Shown: positions 1 through 9,315 of the stretch, one piece after another
Position numbering within the stretch: the first letter of the stretch is position 1
How the letters are laid out: each line of letters starts with the position of its first letter
Source of the DNA: a virus
Taxonomy: Duplodnaviria > Caudoviricetes
Direction: 5' to 3' (one strand)
Virus record (IMG/VR): IMGVR_UViG_3300020151_002484
Coordinates: 1-48,063 of that record
DNA: 48,063 nucleotides
The notes under the pieces: model-generated
What the model saw: only the letters and a program-made list of their open reading frames with translations
Told to the model about the DNA's origin: nothing
The model's database searches: none
Made by a program: the position numbers and the translations under genes

Positions 1-87
1 GACATATTATTAGCTTTAGTTGATAATAACTATGATGATAATGAAGCTGTTGATTTTATGACCCAATATTTAAAAAACTTTTTATAA
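1..87 (+). CDS. 3' end of an upstream hypothetical protein (partial)
   Basis: Frame 1 is open from base 1 (DILLALVDNNYDDNEAVDFMTQYLKNFL) to TAA at 85-87, 4 nt before the next ATG. Confidence 0.6.
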   Translation, partial: DILLALVDNNYDDNEAVDFMTQYLKNFL

Positions 88-91
88 AATA

Positions 92-691
92 ATGAAAAAG
101 GCAGATAACTTTAACGCCAAACAGTGGTTAGTAGAAAATAAAATTACTTTCCAATCACGTTTAAATGAAAACAAAATTCCAGGAGTTAATATAGAGGTAG
201 ATGATGATATGATTACATTATCAGGTGACAGTGGTGATTATGATGGATTCATTGAAGATGATGGTACTGTAAGTTTTTCTATTACTTATGATGATATGGA
301 TGAAGAGTTTAATGAGAGTAACTGGAAAGATATTTTAAGTGATAATCATGTCTTTGTTAAAGTAGCTAACGCTATTGATAATAGAGTAGAAGCTTTAGAC
401 GATTATGTACAAATAACTGTTAAAGCAAGTGACTTAACAAGTATGAATGAAACTCGTTTAAACGAAGAAGCTAAAAAACCATCTATTAAGGTTTTAAAAG
501 ATATTTACTATTTTGATAAATTAAGTGGTTTAAGTACTAAAGATGATGTTGATGAAAAATATCATGACAAAGCTAAACTAGTATTTAAAAAAGGTAAAAC
601 AGTAAAAGATGATACCGAGTATGATGATTCAGAATATGAAATGATTACTTCATCAAAACGCCTTACAAAAGGAACAGATTATAGTATTTAA
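92..691 (+). CDS. Acidic hypothetical protein, possibly an internal head protein
   Basis: 199-aa Asp/Glu-rich ORF. N-terminal leader with WLVE and two RLNE motifs (L-x-E). Confidence 0.6.
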   Translation: MKKADNFNAKQWLVENKITFQSRLNENKIPGVNIEVDDDMITLSGDSGDYDGFIEDDGTVSFSITYDDMDEEFNESNWKDILSDNHVFVKVANAIDNRVEALDDYVQITVKASDLTSMNETRLNEEAKKPSIKVLKDIYYFDKLSGLSTKDDVDEKYHDKAKLVFKKGKTVKDDTEYDDSEYEMITSSKRLTKGTDYSI

Positions 692-703
692 AATAAAAAT
701 TAA

Positions 704-724
704 GGGCCCTTTAAAAGAGGGCCC
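704..724 (+). terminator. GC-rich stem-loop, probable terminator
   Basis: GGGCCCT(704-710)-7 nt-AGGGCCC(718-724) perfect inverted repeat just after the stop at 691. The U-tract is weak. Confidence 0.6.
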
Positions 725-731
725 ACCTTAA

Positions 732-761
732 CTAGGTTTTATAACACCTCGTTCATATATT
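732..761 (+). promoter_or_regulatory. Conserved promoter YTWGG-N19-TATATT upstream of SSB
   Basis: CTAGG(732-736), 19 nt, TATATT(756-761). One of seven equally spaced copies. Confidence 0.7.
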
Positions 762-789
762 TCCGATATTAAACTAATAAATAAAAATC

Positions 790-1626
790 ATGGATATTAA
801 TGCTATCAAACAACGACTAAATTCATTACAGTCGACGAACAACACAGGCAAGAAAGAAAAAATTGATTACTCAAAAGTTTACTGGAAACCAAAAGAAGAA
901 GGAAAGTACCAAATTCGTATTGTTCCTTCAAAATTGAATCCTAAAAACCCATTTCAAGAGGTTTTTGTTCACTATGGATTTTCAAAATTTCCTATCTACG
1001 CCTTAACTAACTGGGGAGAAAAAGACCCGATTGTAGAATTTGCTGCTCAATTAAGAAAAACTAATGACAAAGAAAATTGGTCATTGGCTAAAAAATTGGA
1101 CCCAAAAATGAGAGTTTTTGCTCCTGTAATTGTTAGGGGTGAAGAAGAAAAAGGAGTACGTCTTTGGGAATTTGGTAAAGAAATTTACATGCAACTTCTA
1201 GGTATTGCTGAAGATGAAGATTATGGAGACTACACAGACATCAATGAAGGTAGAGATTTTACAGTTGATGTAGTTAAAGGTGACATCGGTGGTCGTCAAG
1301 GTCTTAAATCATCAATTCGTATTAAGCCTAAAACAACTTCATTAAGTTCTGATGCCTCACTAATCCAGACATTCCTTAAAGAACAACCCGTATTGTTAGA
1401 AATTCAAAGAAAAATGGAATTTGATGCTTTGAAAGAAGTATTGCAAAATTGGTTGTCACCTGAAGATGCAGCTGGAGAAATTGATGAGGATGAAGAAGAA
1501 GTAGTAGAAGTAGCTCCAGTTAAAGCTTATGCTTTAAAAACACCTATGGCTCCTAAAGCCTCAAAAGCAGATCAATTTGATTCTTTATTTGAAGATGAAG
1601 AAGACAATAATGATTTGCCGTTCTAA
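790..1626 (+). CDS. Single-stranded DNA-binding protein (T4 gp32-like)
   Basis: YWKP...IRIVP, DPI, VIVRGEEEKGVRLWEFGK, GRDF motifs and acidic C-terminal tail ending DLPF. First gene of the replication block. Confidence 0.85.
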   Translation: MDINAIKQRLNSLQSTNNTGKKEKIDYSKVYWKPKEEGKYQIRIVPSKLNPKNPFQEVFVHYGFSKFPIYALTNWGEKDPIVEFAAQLRKTNDKENWSLAKKLDPKMRVFAPVIVRGEEEKGVRLWEFGKEIYMQLLGIAEDEDYGDYTDINEGRDFTVDVVKGDIGGRQGLKSSIRIKPKTTSLSSDASLIQTFLKEQPVLLEIQRKMEFDALKEVLQNWLSPEDAAGEIDEDEEEVVEVAPVKAYALKTPMAPKASKADQFDSLFEDEEDNNDLPF

Positions 1627-1644
1627 TTAAATTAAAGTTATTTT

Positions 1645-2739
1645 ATGCCAAGACCTAAAAAAAGCGAATCGCTAACGGAAGCAATCTCTACAGAGATTAA
1701 ATCAAACTTCAACCTTGAGAAATTCAAGGAGAAAAAATTATTGAATGGAACTGTTAAGTTTAAAGAACAAAAATGGATTCCATTCTCAAAAGCACTACAA
1801 GATTCAATTTCAGTAGCCGGTGCTCCAGTAGGTCACATTACATTATTAAGAGGACACAGTAATACAGGTAAGACTACAGCATTACTTGAGTTAGCAATTA
1901 GCGCTCAAAAAATGGGTATCTTACCTGTTTTTATTATTACTGAAATGAAATGGTCATGGGAACACGCTCGTACAATGGGTTTCCAACTTAATGATATAGT
2001 TGATCCTGAAACCGGTGAAGTAGTTGACCACGATGGATTCTTTATTTATAAAGATAGATCGTCGTTAAGTACAATTGAAGATGTAGCAGAATTTATTGCT
2101 GATTTGTTGGACGAACAGAAAAAAGGTAATTTACCTTATGACTTGTGTTTCTTCTGGGATTCAATTGGTTCAATACCATGTAAATTAAGTGTTGAAGCAA
2201 ATAAAAACAATCCTATGTGGAACGCAGGAGCTATGTCTCAACAATTTGGTAACTTTATTAATCAACGTTTCCCTCTATCTAGAAAAGAAAACGCACCATA
2301 TACTAATTCAATGGTAGCCATTAATAAGATCTGGGTTGCTCCAGCTGAAAACATTATGGCGCAACCTAAAATGAAGATGAAAAATGGTGAGACTATGTTT
2401 TTGGATGCTTCAATTGTATTGACTTTTGGTAACATTACTAATAGTGGTACAAGTAAGATTAAAGCAACTAAAGATGGTAAGGAAGTAGAATTTGCTGTAA
2501 GGACTAAAGTATCATGTGATAAGAACCATGTTACAGGACTACAAACAAAGAATGTTGTAATTGCTACTATTCACGGTTTTATTCAAGATGATAAAAAAGA
2601 AATTGATACTTACAAGAAATCACATTCTATGGAATGGAAAGACATTCTAGGAGATGGAAAGTTTGAAGTTATTGAAGATTCATCAGATTGGAATGAATCA
2701 ACCAGAGATATTCCTCTAGACTTAATGGATGGGGAATAA
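1645..2739 (+). CDS. RecA/UvsX-like recombinase
   Basis: Walker A GHSNTGKTT, Walker B FFWDSIGS, and RecA-like order of core elements. Confidence 0.85.
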   Translation: MPRPKKSESLTEAISTEIKSNFNLEKFKEKKLLNGTVKFKEQKWIPFSKALQDSISVAGAPVGHITLLRGHSNTGKTTALLELAISAQKMGILPVFIITEMKWSWEHARTMGFQLNDIVDPETGEVVDHDGFFIYKDRSSLSTIEDVAEFIADLLDEQKKGNLPYDLCFFWDSIGSIPCKLSVEANKNNPMWNAGAMSQQFGNFINQRFPLSRKENAPYTNSMVAINKIWVAPAENIMAQPKMKMKNGETMFLDASIVLTFGNITNSGTSKIKATKDGKEVEFAVRTKVSCDKNHVTGLQTKNVVIATIHGFIQDDKKEIDTYKKSHSMEWKDILGDGKFEVIEDSSDWNESTRDIPLDLMDGE

Positions 2740-2740
2740 G

Positions 2741-2770
2741 TTTGGCTTATCTGAAAAAATTTGTTATATT
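2741..2770 (+). promoter_or_regulatory. Conserved promoter YTWGG-N19-TATATT
   Basis: TTTGG(2741-2745), 19 nt, TATATT(2765-2770). ATG at 2779. Confidence 0.75.
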
Positions 2771-2778
2771 TAGATAAC

Positions 2779-3816
2779 ATGAAAAAGAGCGACTTGATAA
2801 ACCTTCTAGGCAAAGTAACCAAAGAAGATGAAGTACTAACAAACCCTCATGAGCGAGTATTGCTTATTGATGGATTGAATTTGTTTTTTAGAAATTTTGC
2901 AATGATGAAGATGGTTAACCAGGATGGAGCGCATGTTGGTGGCCTAGGAGGTTTTTTACGCTCATTAAATTATTTAACTAATCAATTACAACCAACTTCT
3001 GTCTATGTTGTATTTGATGGTGCTGGTTCTTCTATTAATAGAAAGAATCTACTACCCGAATACAAATCAGGTAGAAATTTAGTTCGAATCACTAATTGGG
3101 ATGTTTTTGATTCATTAGAAGAAGAACATGATTCTAAAGTTAATCAAACTGTTAGGTTAATTCATTATTTAAAATGTTTACCTGTTAAAACAGTTAGTAT
3201 GAATAAGGTGGAAGCCGATGATATTATCGCCTATTTAAGTAATATATTGTCTACTAAACATGGTTCTAAGGTATTCATTGTATCTAATGATCAAGATTTT
3301 ATTCAATTAGTAGACGATAAAATAACAGTATATAGACCAGCTGAAAAAGAATTCTACACTAAAGAAATGATTAAAAGCAATTATGGTGTATTAGCTGAGA
3401 ATTTTATTTTATATAAAACACTTTTAGGTGATAATTCAGATAAAGTAGAGGGTATTAAAGGTTTAGGTAAAAAAGGTGTTACTAAAAAGTTTCCTGAATT
3501 ACTTGAACGCCCTCTGTCTTTTGATGACTTAATGAGTATTGCTGAATCAAAATTAAAAGAGCATGTTATTTACGCTCGAGTACTTCAAGATGAGGAAAGA
3601 TTAAGAAATAATTATAAAATTATGGATTTAGGAAAACCACTAGTTGATGAAGTAGAAAAACAATATCTGGAAGAATTTTCAGAAGAATTACCCCCAGCTT
3701 TGAATACCAAAGCATTTATGTTACTTTATAATGAAGATGGATTAAATAAACTAATGAAAGATCCTGAACTAACGCTTACCAACACATTTAAAGTAATAAA
3801 CAGTTTTAAAAAATAA
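2779..3816 (+). CDS. 5'-3' exonuclease / flap endonuclease (PolA N-terminal, T4 RNase H family)
   Basis: LLIDGLNLFFR, VVFDG, YKSGR, EADDIIAY, SNDQDFIQL, LGDNSDKVEGIKGLG (HhH). Start moved to ATG 2779 because the upstream TTG lies inside the promoter. Confidence 0.92.
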   Translation: MKKSDLINLLGKVTKEDEVLTNPHERVLLIDGLNLFFRNFAMMKMVNQDGAHVGGLGGFLRSLNYLTNQLQPTSVYVVFDGAGSSINRKNLLPEYKSGRNLVRITNWDVFDSLEEEHDSKVNQTVRLIHYLKCLPVKTVSMNKVEADDIIAYLSNILSTKHGSKVFIVSNDQDFIQLVDDKITVYRPAEKEFYTKEMIKSNYGVLAENFILYKTLLGDNSDKVEGIKGLGKKGVTKKFPELLERPLSFDDLMSIAESKLKEHVIYARVLQDEERLRNNYKIMDLGKPLVDEVEKQYLEEFSEELPPALNTKAFMLLYNEDGLNKLMKDPELTLTNTFKVINSFKK

Positions 3817-3821
3817 GTTAT

Positions 3822-5183
3822 ATGACATTACAAAATCTTTCACAGTACGGAATAGGATTCCAGGTCAAGGTACTGTCTTCACTTTTAACACATAAAGAAT
3901 TTCTATTGAATATTCAAGATGTGTTAAGTGAAGAATACTTTGATAACACAGCGCATCGTTGGATTATTAAAGAAATCCTAAAATACTATCAAAAATATCA
4001 TACTTGTCCTAGTATGGACGTTTTAAAAGTAGAACTGAAAAAAATTGATAATGAGGTTCTACAAGTATCTATTAAAGAACAATTAAGAGAAGCATATAAA
4101 GCATCTGATGAAGATCTTAAGTATGTTGAAGAAGAATTTTCTAACTTTTGTAAAAACCAACAGCTTAAAAAAGCATTGTTAACAAGTGTAGATTTTCTTA
4201 ACGCTGGAGACTATGATTCAATTAGGTCAATGATTGATAATGCACTTAAAGCAGGTCAAGACAAAAATATGGGTCATGAATATAACAAAGACGTTGAGTC
4301 AAGATATAGAGAAGACCATAGAAAAATTGTTCCTACACCTTGGAATACATTTAATGAACTACTTCAAGGTGGTTTAGGCAATGGTGACTTTGGACTAATA
4401 TTTGGCAGTCCAGGTGGAGGTAAATCTTGGTCACTAGTTGCTTTAGGTGGTTATGCTGTTAAATTAGGTTATAATGTTTTACATTATACCTTAGAATTAG
4501 GAGCTGATTATGTAGGACGAAGGTATGACGCTTTCTTTACTAATATATCAGTCCAAGATATTACAAAACACAAACCAAAAATTGAAGAAACAGTAGCTCA
4601 ATTAAATGGTCAATTAATTATTAAAGAATATCCAACAGGTAAAGCATCTATTTCAACAATTGAATCGCATGTTAAAAAATGTATTGATTTAGACTTTAAA
4701 CCAGATTTGGTTATTATTGATTATGTAGATCTTCTTCGCTCAAAAAAGAATAATCGTGAGCGTAAGGATGAGATAGATGATATTTATATTAGTACTAAGG
4801 GTCTTGCTAGAGAATTGAATCTACCTATTTGGAGTGTGTCTCAAGTAAACCGAGCTGGTGCAAAAGATGATATTATTGAGGGTGATAAAGCGGCAGGTAG
4901 CTATGATAAAATGATGGTTACTGATGTTGCTATATCCTTATCAAGGAAACGTCAAGACAAAGTAAATGGGACAGGAAGATTTCACATCATGAAAAATCGA
5001 TACGGAATGGACGGTATGACCTATTCTGTCAAAGTAGATACCTCTACAGGGCATTTTGAGGTATCATCCTATTTAGAAGAAGACGATGAATCATCTTCAT
5101 CACAGCAATCTAATACTTTCGGAGGTATAGATTCATCAGACAAGGCACTTATTAAACAAAGATTTTTCGAACTAACCAACTAA
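3822..5183 (+). CDS. DnaB-like replicative helicase (SF4, gp41-like)
   Basis: Walker A GSPGGGKS, YTLEL, IIDYVDLL, SQVNR, KNRYG. Confidence 0.92.
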   Translation: MTLQNLSQYGIGFQVKVLSSLLTHKEFLLNIQDVLSEEYFDNTAHRWIIKEILKYYQKYHTCPSMDVLKVELKKIDNEVLQVSIKEQLREAYKASDEDLKYVEEEFSNFCKNQQLKKALLTSVDFLNAGDYDSIRSMIDNALKAGQDKNMGHEYNKDVESRYREDHRKIVPTPWNTFNELLQGGLGNGDFGLIFGSPGGGKSWSLVALGGYAVKLGYNVLHYTLELGADYVGRRYDAFFTNISVQDITKHKPKIEETVAQLNGQLIIKEYPTGKASISTIESHVKKCIDLDFKPDLVIIDYVDLLRSKKNNRERKDEIDDIYISTKGLARELNLPIWSVSQVNRAGAKDDIIEGDKAAGSYDKMMVTDVAISLSRKRQDKVNGTGRFHIMKNRYGMDGMTYSVKVDTSTGHFEVSSYLEEDDESSSSQQSNTFGGIDSSDKALIKQRFFELTN

Positions 5184-5200
5184 ATTATTTAAAAAAACAA

Positions 5201-7057
5201 ATGTTAACCACAGAATCACAAATTTTGTCTGAAATTACTACCCATCTCAAATACGCGAAATTCGTACCTGAAAAAAACAGGAGAGAAACATGGGACGAGC
5301 TAGTAACTCGAAACAAGGAAATGCACTTGAAGAAATTTCCTCAACTAGTTGAAGAAATTGAAGCCGCGTACAAGTATGTTTATGACAAGAAAGTACTACC
5401 ATCTATGCGTTCTATGCAGTTTGCTGGTAAGCCTATTGAAATAAACAACGCTCGTATTTTTAACTGTTCTTATTTACCAATTGATGATTACAGAGCATTC
5501 TCTGAAATTATGTTTTTGTTACTTTCAGGTTGTGGGGTTGGATATTCAGTTCAAACACATCACGTAGAAAATCTACCTGAAATTAGAAAACCTTTGAAAT
5601 CAAAGCGTTATTTGGTAGGTGATTCTATTGAAGGATGGGCTGATGCTGTTCGTATGTTGACTAAAGCTTATTTTGGTCAAACATCAACTGCTCCTCTATT
5701 TGACTTTAGAGACATTAGAGCTAAAGGAGCTTCATTAATTACAGTAGGTGGTAAAGCACCAGGTCCAGAACCATTAAAGATTGCTTTGATTCATATGCAA
5801 GCAATTTTGGACCGTAAAAATGATGGTGAAAAATTAACAACTGTTGAATGTCATGATATTATTTGTCATTTAGCTGATGCTGTATTGTCCGGAGGTATTC
5901 GTAGGGCTGCTTTAATTGCTTTATTTAATTTGCATGATGAAGATATGTTGACTTGTAAATTTGGCAACTGGTGGGAAAATAATCCACAACGTGGCCGCGC
6001 CAACAATTCTGCAGTATTACTTCGTAACATGATTGATAAAGATACATTTATGGGATTATGGAGTAAAATTGAAGCTTCTAATAGCGGTGAACCCGGTTTC
6101 TTATTTACAAATGATAAAGACGCTGGAACTAACCCATGCGCTGAAATTAACTTAAAAGCTAATCAATTCTGTAATTTATGTGAAATCAATGCTTCAGATA
6201 TTGAGACACAAGAAGAATATAATAACAGAGCTAAAGCGGCAGCATTTATTGGTACATTACAAGCTAGTTATACTGACTTCCATTACTTAAGAGATGTTTG
6301 GAGAAAAACAACTGAAAAAGAAGCATTGTTAGGTATTGGAATGACAGGTATTGCTTCAGGTGCTGTATTTAAATTAAATATGAAAGAAGCAGCTAAAATA
6401 GCTGTTGATGAAAATGCTAGAGTAGCGGCTGTTTTAGGTATTAATAAAGCAGCTCGTGTTACTACAGTTAAACCTTCAGGTACTACTTCATTAGTGTTAG
6501 GAACAAGTTCAGGTATTCATGCTTGGCATGATGATTTTTACTTACGTAGAATTCGTTTAGGTAAAAATGAGGCTTTGTATACTTATCTATCTATTAACCA
6601 CCCAGAGATGTTAGAAGATGATTTCTTTAAACCAACACTTCAATCAATTGTTTCTGTACCTCAACGTGCTCCAGAAGGTTCTATTACACGTAAAGAATCA
6701 GCTATGGATTTGTTAGAGCGTATTAAAACAATTAACAAAAACTGGATTAAACCAGGTCATAGAAAAGGTGCTAATATGCATAATGTATCAGCTACAGTAA
6801 CTATTAAACAAGATGAATGGCCAGCAGTTGGAGAGTGGTTATATGAAAATAAAGAATACTTTACTGCACTTTCATTCTTACCTGAAGATCTTGGTACTTA
6901 TAAACAAGCACCTTTTGAAACAATTACTGAAGAGCAATTTAATGAGGCAGTAAAATCATTAAACCAAGTAGATTTATCAAAAGTAATTGAAATGAGTGAT
7001 AATACAGCGTTAATGGACCAAGCAGCATGTGCTGGTGGTGCCTGTGAAATTGTGTAA
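5201..7057 (+). CDS. nrdJ: Class II (adenosylcobalamin-dependent) ribonucleotide reductase
   Basis: FNCSY, RRAA, TNPCAEI (thiyl-radical Cys), KPSGTTS and C-terminal redox tail CAGGACEIV. No NrdB beta subunit nearby. Confidence 0.9.
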   Translation: MLTTESQILSEITTHLKYAKFVPEKNRRETWDELVTRNKEMHLKKFPQLVEEIEAAYKYVYDKKVLPSMRSMQFAGKPIEINNARIFNCSYLPIDDYRAFSEIMFLLLSGCGVGYSVQTHHVENLPEIRKPLKSKRYLVGDSIEGWADAVRMLTKAYFGQTSTAPLFDFRDIRAKGASLITVGGKAPGPEPLKIALIHMQAILDRKNDGEKLTTVECHDIICHLADAVLSGGIRRAALIALFNLHDEDMLTCKFGNWWENNPQRGRANNSAVLLRNMIDKDTFMGLWSKIEASNSGEPGFLFTNDKDAGTNPCAEINLKANQFCNLCEINASDIETQEEYNNRAKAAAFIGTLQASYTDFHYLRDVWRKTTEKEALLGIGMTGIASGAVFKLNMKEAAKIAVDENARVAAVLGINKAARVTTVKPSGTTSLVLGTSSGIHAWHDDFYLRRIRLGKNEALYTYLSINHPEMLEDDFFKPTLQSIVSVPQRAPEGSITRKESAMDLLERIKTINKNWIKPGHRKGANMHNVSATVTIKQDEWPAVGEWLYENKEYFTALSFLPEDLGTYKQAPFETITEEQFNEAVKSLNQVDLSKVIEMSDNTALMDQAACAGGACEIV

Positions 7058-7068
7058 AAAATAAAACT

Positions 7069-7302
7069 ATGAATATAATCCAAAAACTCAGAAACTTGAT
7101 TTTCGGTAAAAGTAAAGCGGTTGTAGCTCCTGCTCCAGTAGTGGTTGAAGTTCCTGCTCCTGTAGTGGTTGAAGCTCCTGCACCCGTAGAAGTTAAACCT
7201 ACAGTTCAAGAAATGGTAGCTACTCAAGAAGCTCCAGCTCCAAAAACAAAACCGAAACGCAAGTATTACAAAAAGAAAAAAAGCACAGGTGAGAGCAAAT
7301 AA
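7069..7302 (+). CDS. Small Pro/Val/Ala-repeat protein with basic C-terminus
   Basis: 77-aa ORF with xPAPVVVE repeats and a KPKRKYYKKKK tail. Confidence 0.65.
   Translation: MNIIQKLRNLIFGKSKAVVAPAPVVVEVPAPVVVEAPAPVEVKPTVQEMVATQEAPAPKTKPKRKYYKKKKSTGESK
7126..7194 (+). repeat. ~3 copies of a 24-nt in-frame tandem repeat
   Basis: gctcctgctccagtagtggttgaa / gttcctgctcctgtagtggttgaa / gctcctgcacccgtagaagtt. Confidence 0.85.
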
Positions 7303-7311
7303 GCTCTCACC
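7288..7311 (+). terminator. Stem-loop over the stop codon, probable intrinsic terminator
   Basis: GGTGAGAGC-aaataa-GCTCTCACC perfect 9-bp stem, followed by agcttaattttt. Confidence 0.6.
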
Positions 7312-7329
7312 AGCTTAATTTTTAAAATT

Positions 7330-8508
7330 ATGTTTGAAAAAATTAAAGAAAGGATATTTCCTTTTATTATAGCATTATCAGCTCTATCAGTAAGTGCTTC
7401 AGCCGCTTTTTATTCAGTAAGCGGTTTAATGAAGTTATTTGCTGGAGCTGCTTTCGCTGTAGGGGTTATGGCAGCTTCTTTAGAAGTATCTAAATTAGTT
7501 ATTGTTTCTTTATTGTATCAGTATTGGTCGACATTAAATAGAGCATTAAAAGTTTATTTAATGATAGCCGTAAGTATTTTGATTTTAATTACATCAATGG
7601 GTATTTATGGTTTCCTTAGTAGTGCATATCAAGAAACAGCAAATAAAGATCAAGTTGTAACTCAACAAATTATTGCTTTAGAAACTAAAAAGAAACTATA
7701 TGAGGGTACTAGAGATAACTTACTTAAAGAAAAACAATCATTATCTGATTTAAGAGGTAGTTTATCTAAAAGTTCTACTACCCAATATACCGATAAAAAT
7801 GGTAATCTAGTAGTAAGATCAAACAATGCAAGTATAAAACAATTAGATAAAGCATCCCAATCAGATGATAAACTATCAGGTAAAGTAGATGTAGTGAATG
7901 ATTCTATATTTTCTATTGAAAATAAAATTCTAACTATTAAGACAAACTCAACATCTACCAGTGAATTAGGCCCACTTAAATACCTATCAGGATTAACTGG
8001 AGTAAGTATGGACCGCATCATTAATTATTTGTTATTAATTATTATATTTGTATTTGATCCATTAGCTATTGCTCTTGTTATCGCCGCTAACTTTGCTTTT
8101 GCTCGCCTTAATAAACGTGAAGAAATACCATTGGAAGAAAAAGTAGAAGACATAAGAAATGTAGTAGAGGCATATGATAATTTAGAAAAGGAAATGAAGG
8201 AATGGGAAGAAGCAAGTTTAACTGATTTACAAAATTGGGAAGAAGAAGAAAAACAATACGAAATCTATAAAGAACAAGATCAAAAAATCCAAGAATCAGA
8301 AAAACAAGAAGATGAAGATTGGGTTATTATAGATGAAGATGATGAAAGAGAAAAAGAAGTTGAAGCAGCTATCGATAAAATAGAAGCATTAACTAGTGAC
8401 ATTAGCTCTCCAGAACATTTTAAAAAAGAGGCAGCAATGGAAGAAATTCAAAAACTTAAAAAGTTTTTAAAAGCAAATAATAAGGACAATACTATCACTT
8501 ATTTTTAA
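7330..8508 (+). CDS. Membrane protein with coiled coil and acidic tail
   Basis: Three N-terminal hydrophobic segments, a helical middle region, a further TM segment (IIFVFDPLAIALVIAA) and a Glu-rich C-terminus. Confidence 0.75.
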   Translation: MFEKIKERIFPFIIALSALSVSASAAFYSVSGLMKLFAGAAFAVGVMAASLEVSKLVIVSLLYQYWSTLNRALKVYLMIAVSILILITSMGIYGFLSSAYQETANKDQVVTQQIIALETKKKLYEGTRDNLLKEKQSLSDLRGSLSKSSTTQYTDKNGNLVVRSNNASIKQLDKASQSDDKLSGKVDVVNDSIFSIENKILTIKTNSTSTSELGPLKYLSGLTGVSMDRIINYLLLIIIFVFDPLAIALVIAANFAFARLNKREEIPLEEKVEDIRNVVEAYDNLEKEMKEWEEASLTDLQNWEEEEKQYEIYKEQDQKIQESEKQEDEDWVIIDEDDEREKEVEAAIDKIEALTSDISSPEHFKKEAAMEEIQKLKKFLKANNKDNTITYF

Positions 8509-8516
8509 ACTTCTTG

Positions 8517-8546
8517 TTTGGCCTTGTAAAACAAGGATGTTATATT
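8517..8546 (+). promoter_or_regulatory. Conserved promoter YTWGG-N19-TATATT heading the operon that leads into the deazaguanine genes
   Basis: TTTGG(8517-8521), 19 nt, TATATT(8541-8546). ATG at 8565. Confidence 0.75.
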
Positions 8547-8564
8547 TATGTCATAATAAAGGTT

Positions 8565-8825
8565 ATGAATATCGAAGAAATTTATCAAGCAGAACAGGAA
8601 TTAGAACGTTACAATTCAATTATGTCGTTTAAAGAAATTCTTACTCAAGAAGATTATGATTTTTGTAAAGAATGGGATGCTGAAGAAGCTAAAAAATATT
8701 TAAATAATATTGGACCAGCTTGGAAAGATGGAGGTTTTACTGGAGAAAATCGTTACTTGAATATTAATGTATATTCTGAAGCTGATAAAGAGGAATTTGA
8801 TTTAAGAAGGGAAATAGGTTTCTAA
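8565..8825 (+). CDS. Hypothetical protein
   Basis: Start moved to ATG 8565 (MNIEEIYQ), downstream of the promoter. Confidence 0.7.
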   Translation: MNIEEIYQAEQELERYNSIMSFKEILTQEDYDFCKEWDAEEAKKYLNNIGPAWKDGGFTGENRYLNINVYSEADKEEFDLRREIGF

Positions 8826-8826
8826 T

Positions 8827-9315
8827 ATGCATTCAAGAGAAGTTATTCAAAAACATTTATCCAAATTACAAAAATTAAACTACAACCAGTTTAGATGGTG
8901 GAGAAATTATAGTGTATCTAAAACATTACCTAAATCTGCTCATATTGAGAAAAGAATAGATAATGGTGATTTTGATCCATCTCCTTATTTTTGGATGGCC
9001 CAATCAGCATTATGGGAAAAACATGACAGTGATAATTCAGGTTTAGAACCATTTGAAAGAGCTAAACGTGGAGGTTTATTGTTAGGTAAATATGAACGTT
9101 TAATGAATGATCACTATAGTGATGATGATTCTAAATTAGAGAATTTTATAGATGCTATTTATGATCATTTTGAAGTTGATAAACTTTTAGTAGAAGAAGA
9201 GATCAAATTGTTTGGCTCATCTGTAAAGGATTATTATCTTTATGCTAGTACAAAATACAATGTTAGGAGAGTAGCTCCTAAAAGAAGAGGTAGACCTAAA
9301 AAAGTAAGTATATGA
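8827..9315 (+). CDS. Hypothetical protein with C-terminal AT-hook
   Basis: Ends PKRRGRPKKVSI. ATGA overlap with the next gene. Confidence 0.7.
   Translation: MHSREVIQKHLSKLQKLNYNQFRWWRNYSVSKTLPKSAHIEKRIDNGDFDPSPYFWMAQSALWEKHDSDNSGLEPFERAKRGGLLLGKYERLMNDHYSDDDSKLENFIDAIYDHFEVDKLLVEEEIKLFGSSVKDYYLYASTKYNVRRVAPKRRGRPKKVSI

Noticed and set aside
692-789. tRNA or structured ncRNA in the largest intergenic gap
   Set aside because: The gap is accounted for by a hairpin and a promoter. No cloverleaf or T-loop signature was seen here or in other gaps.
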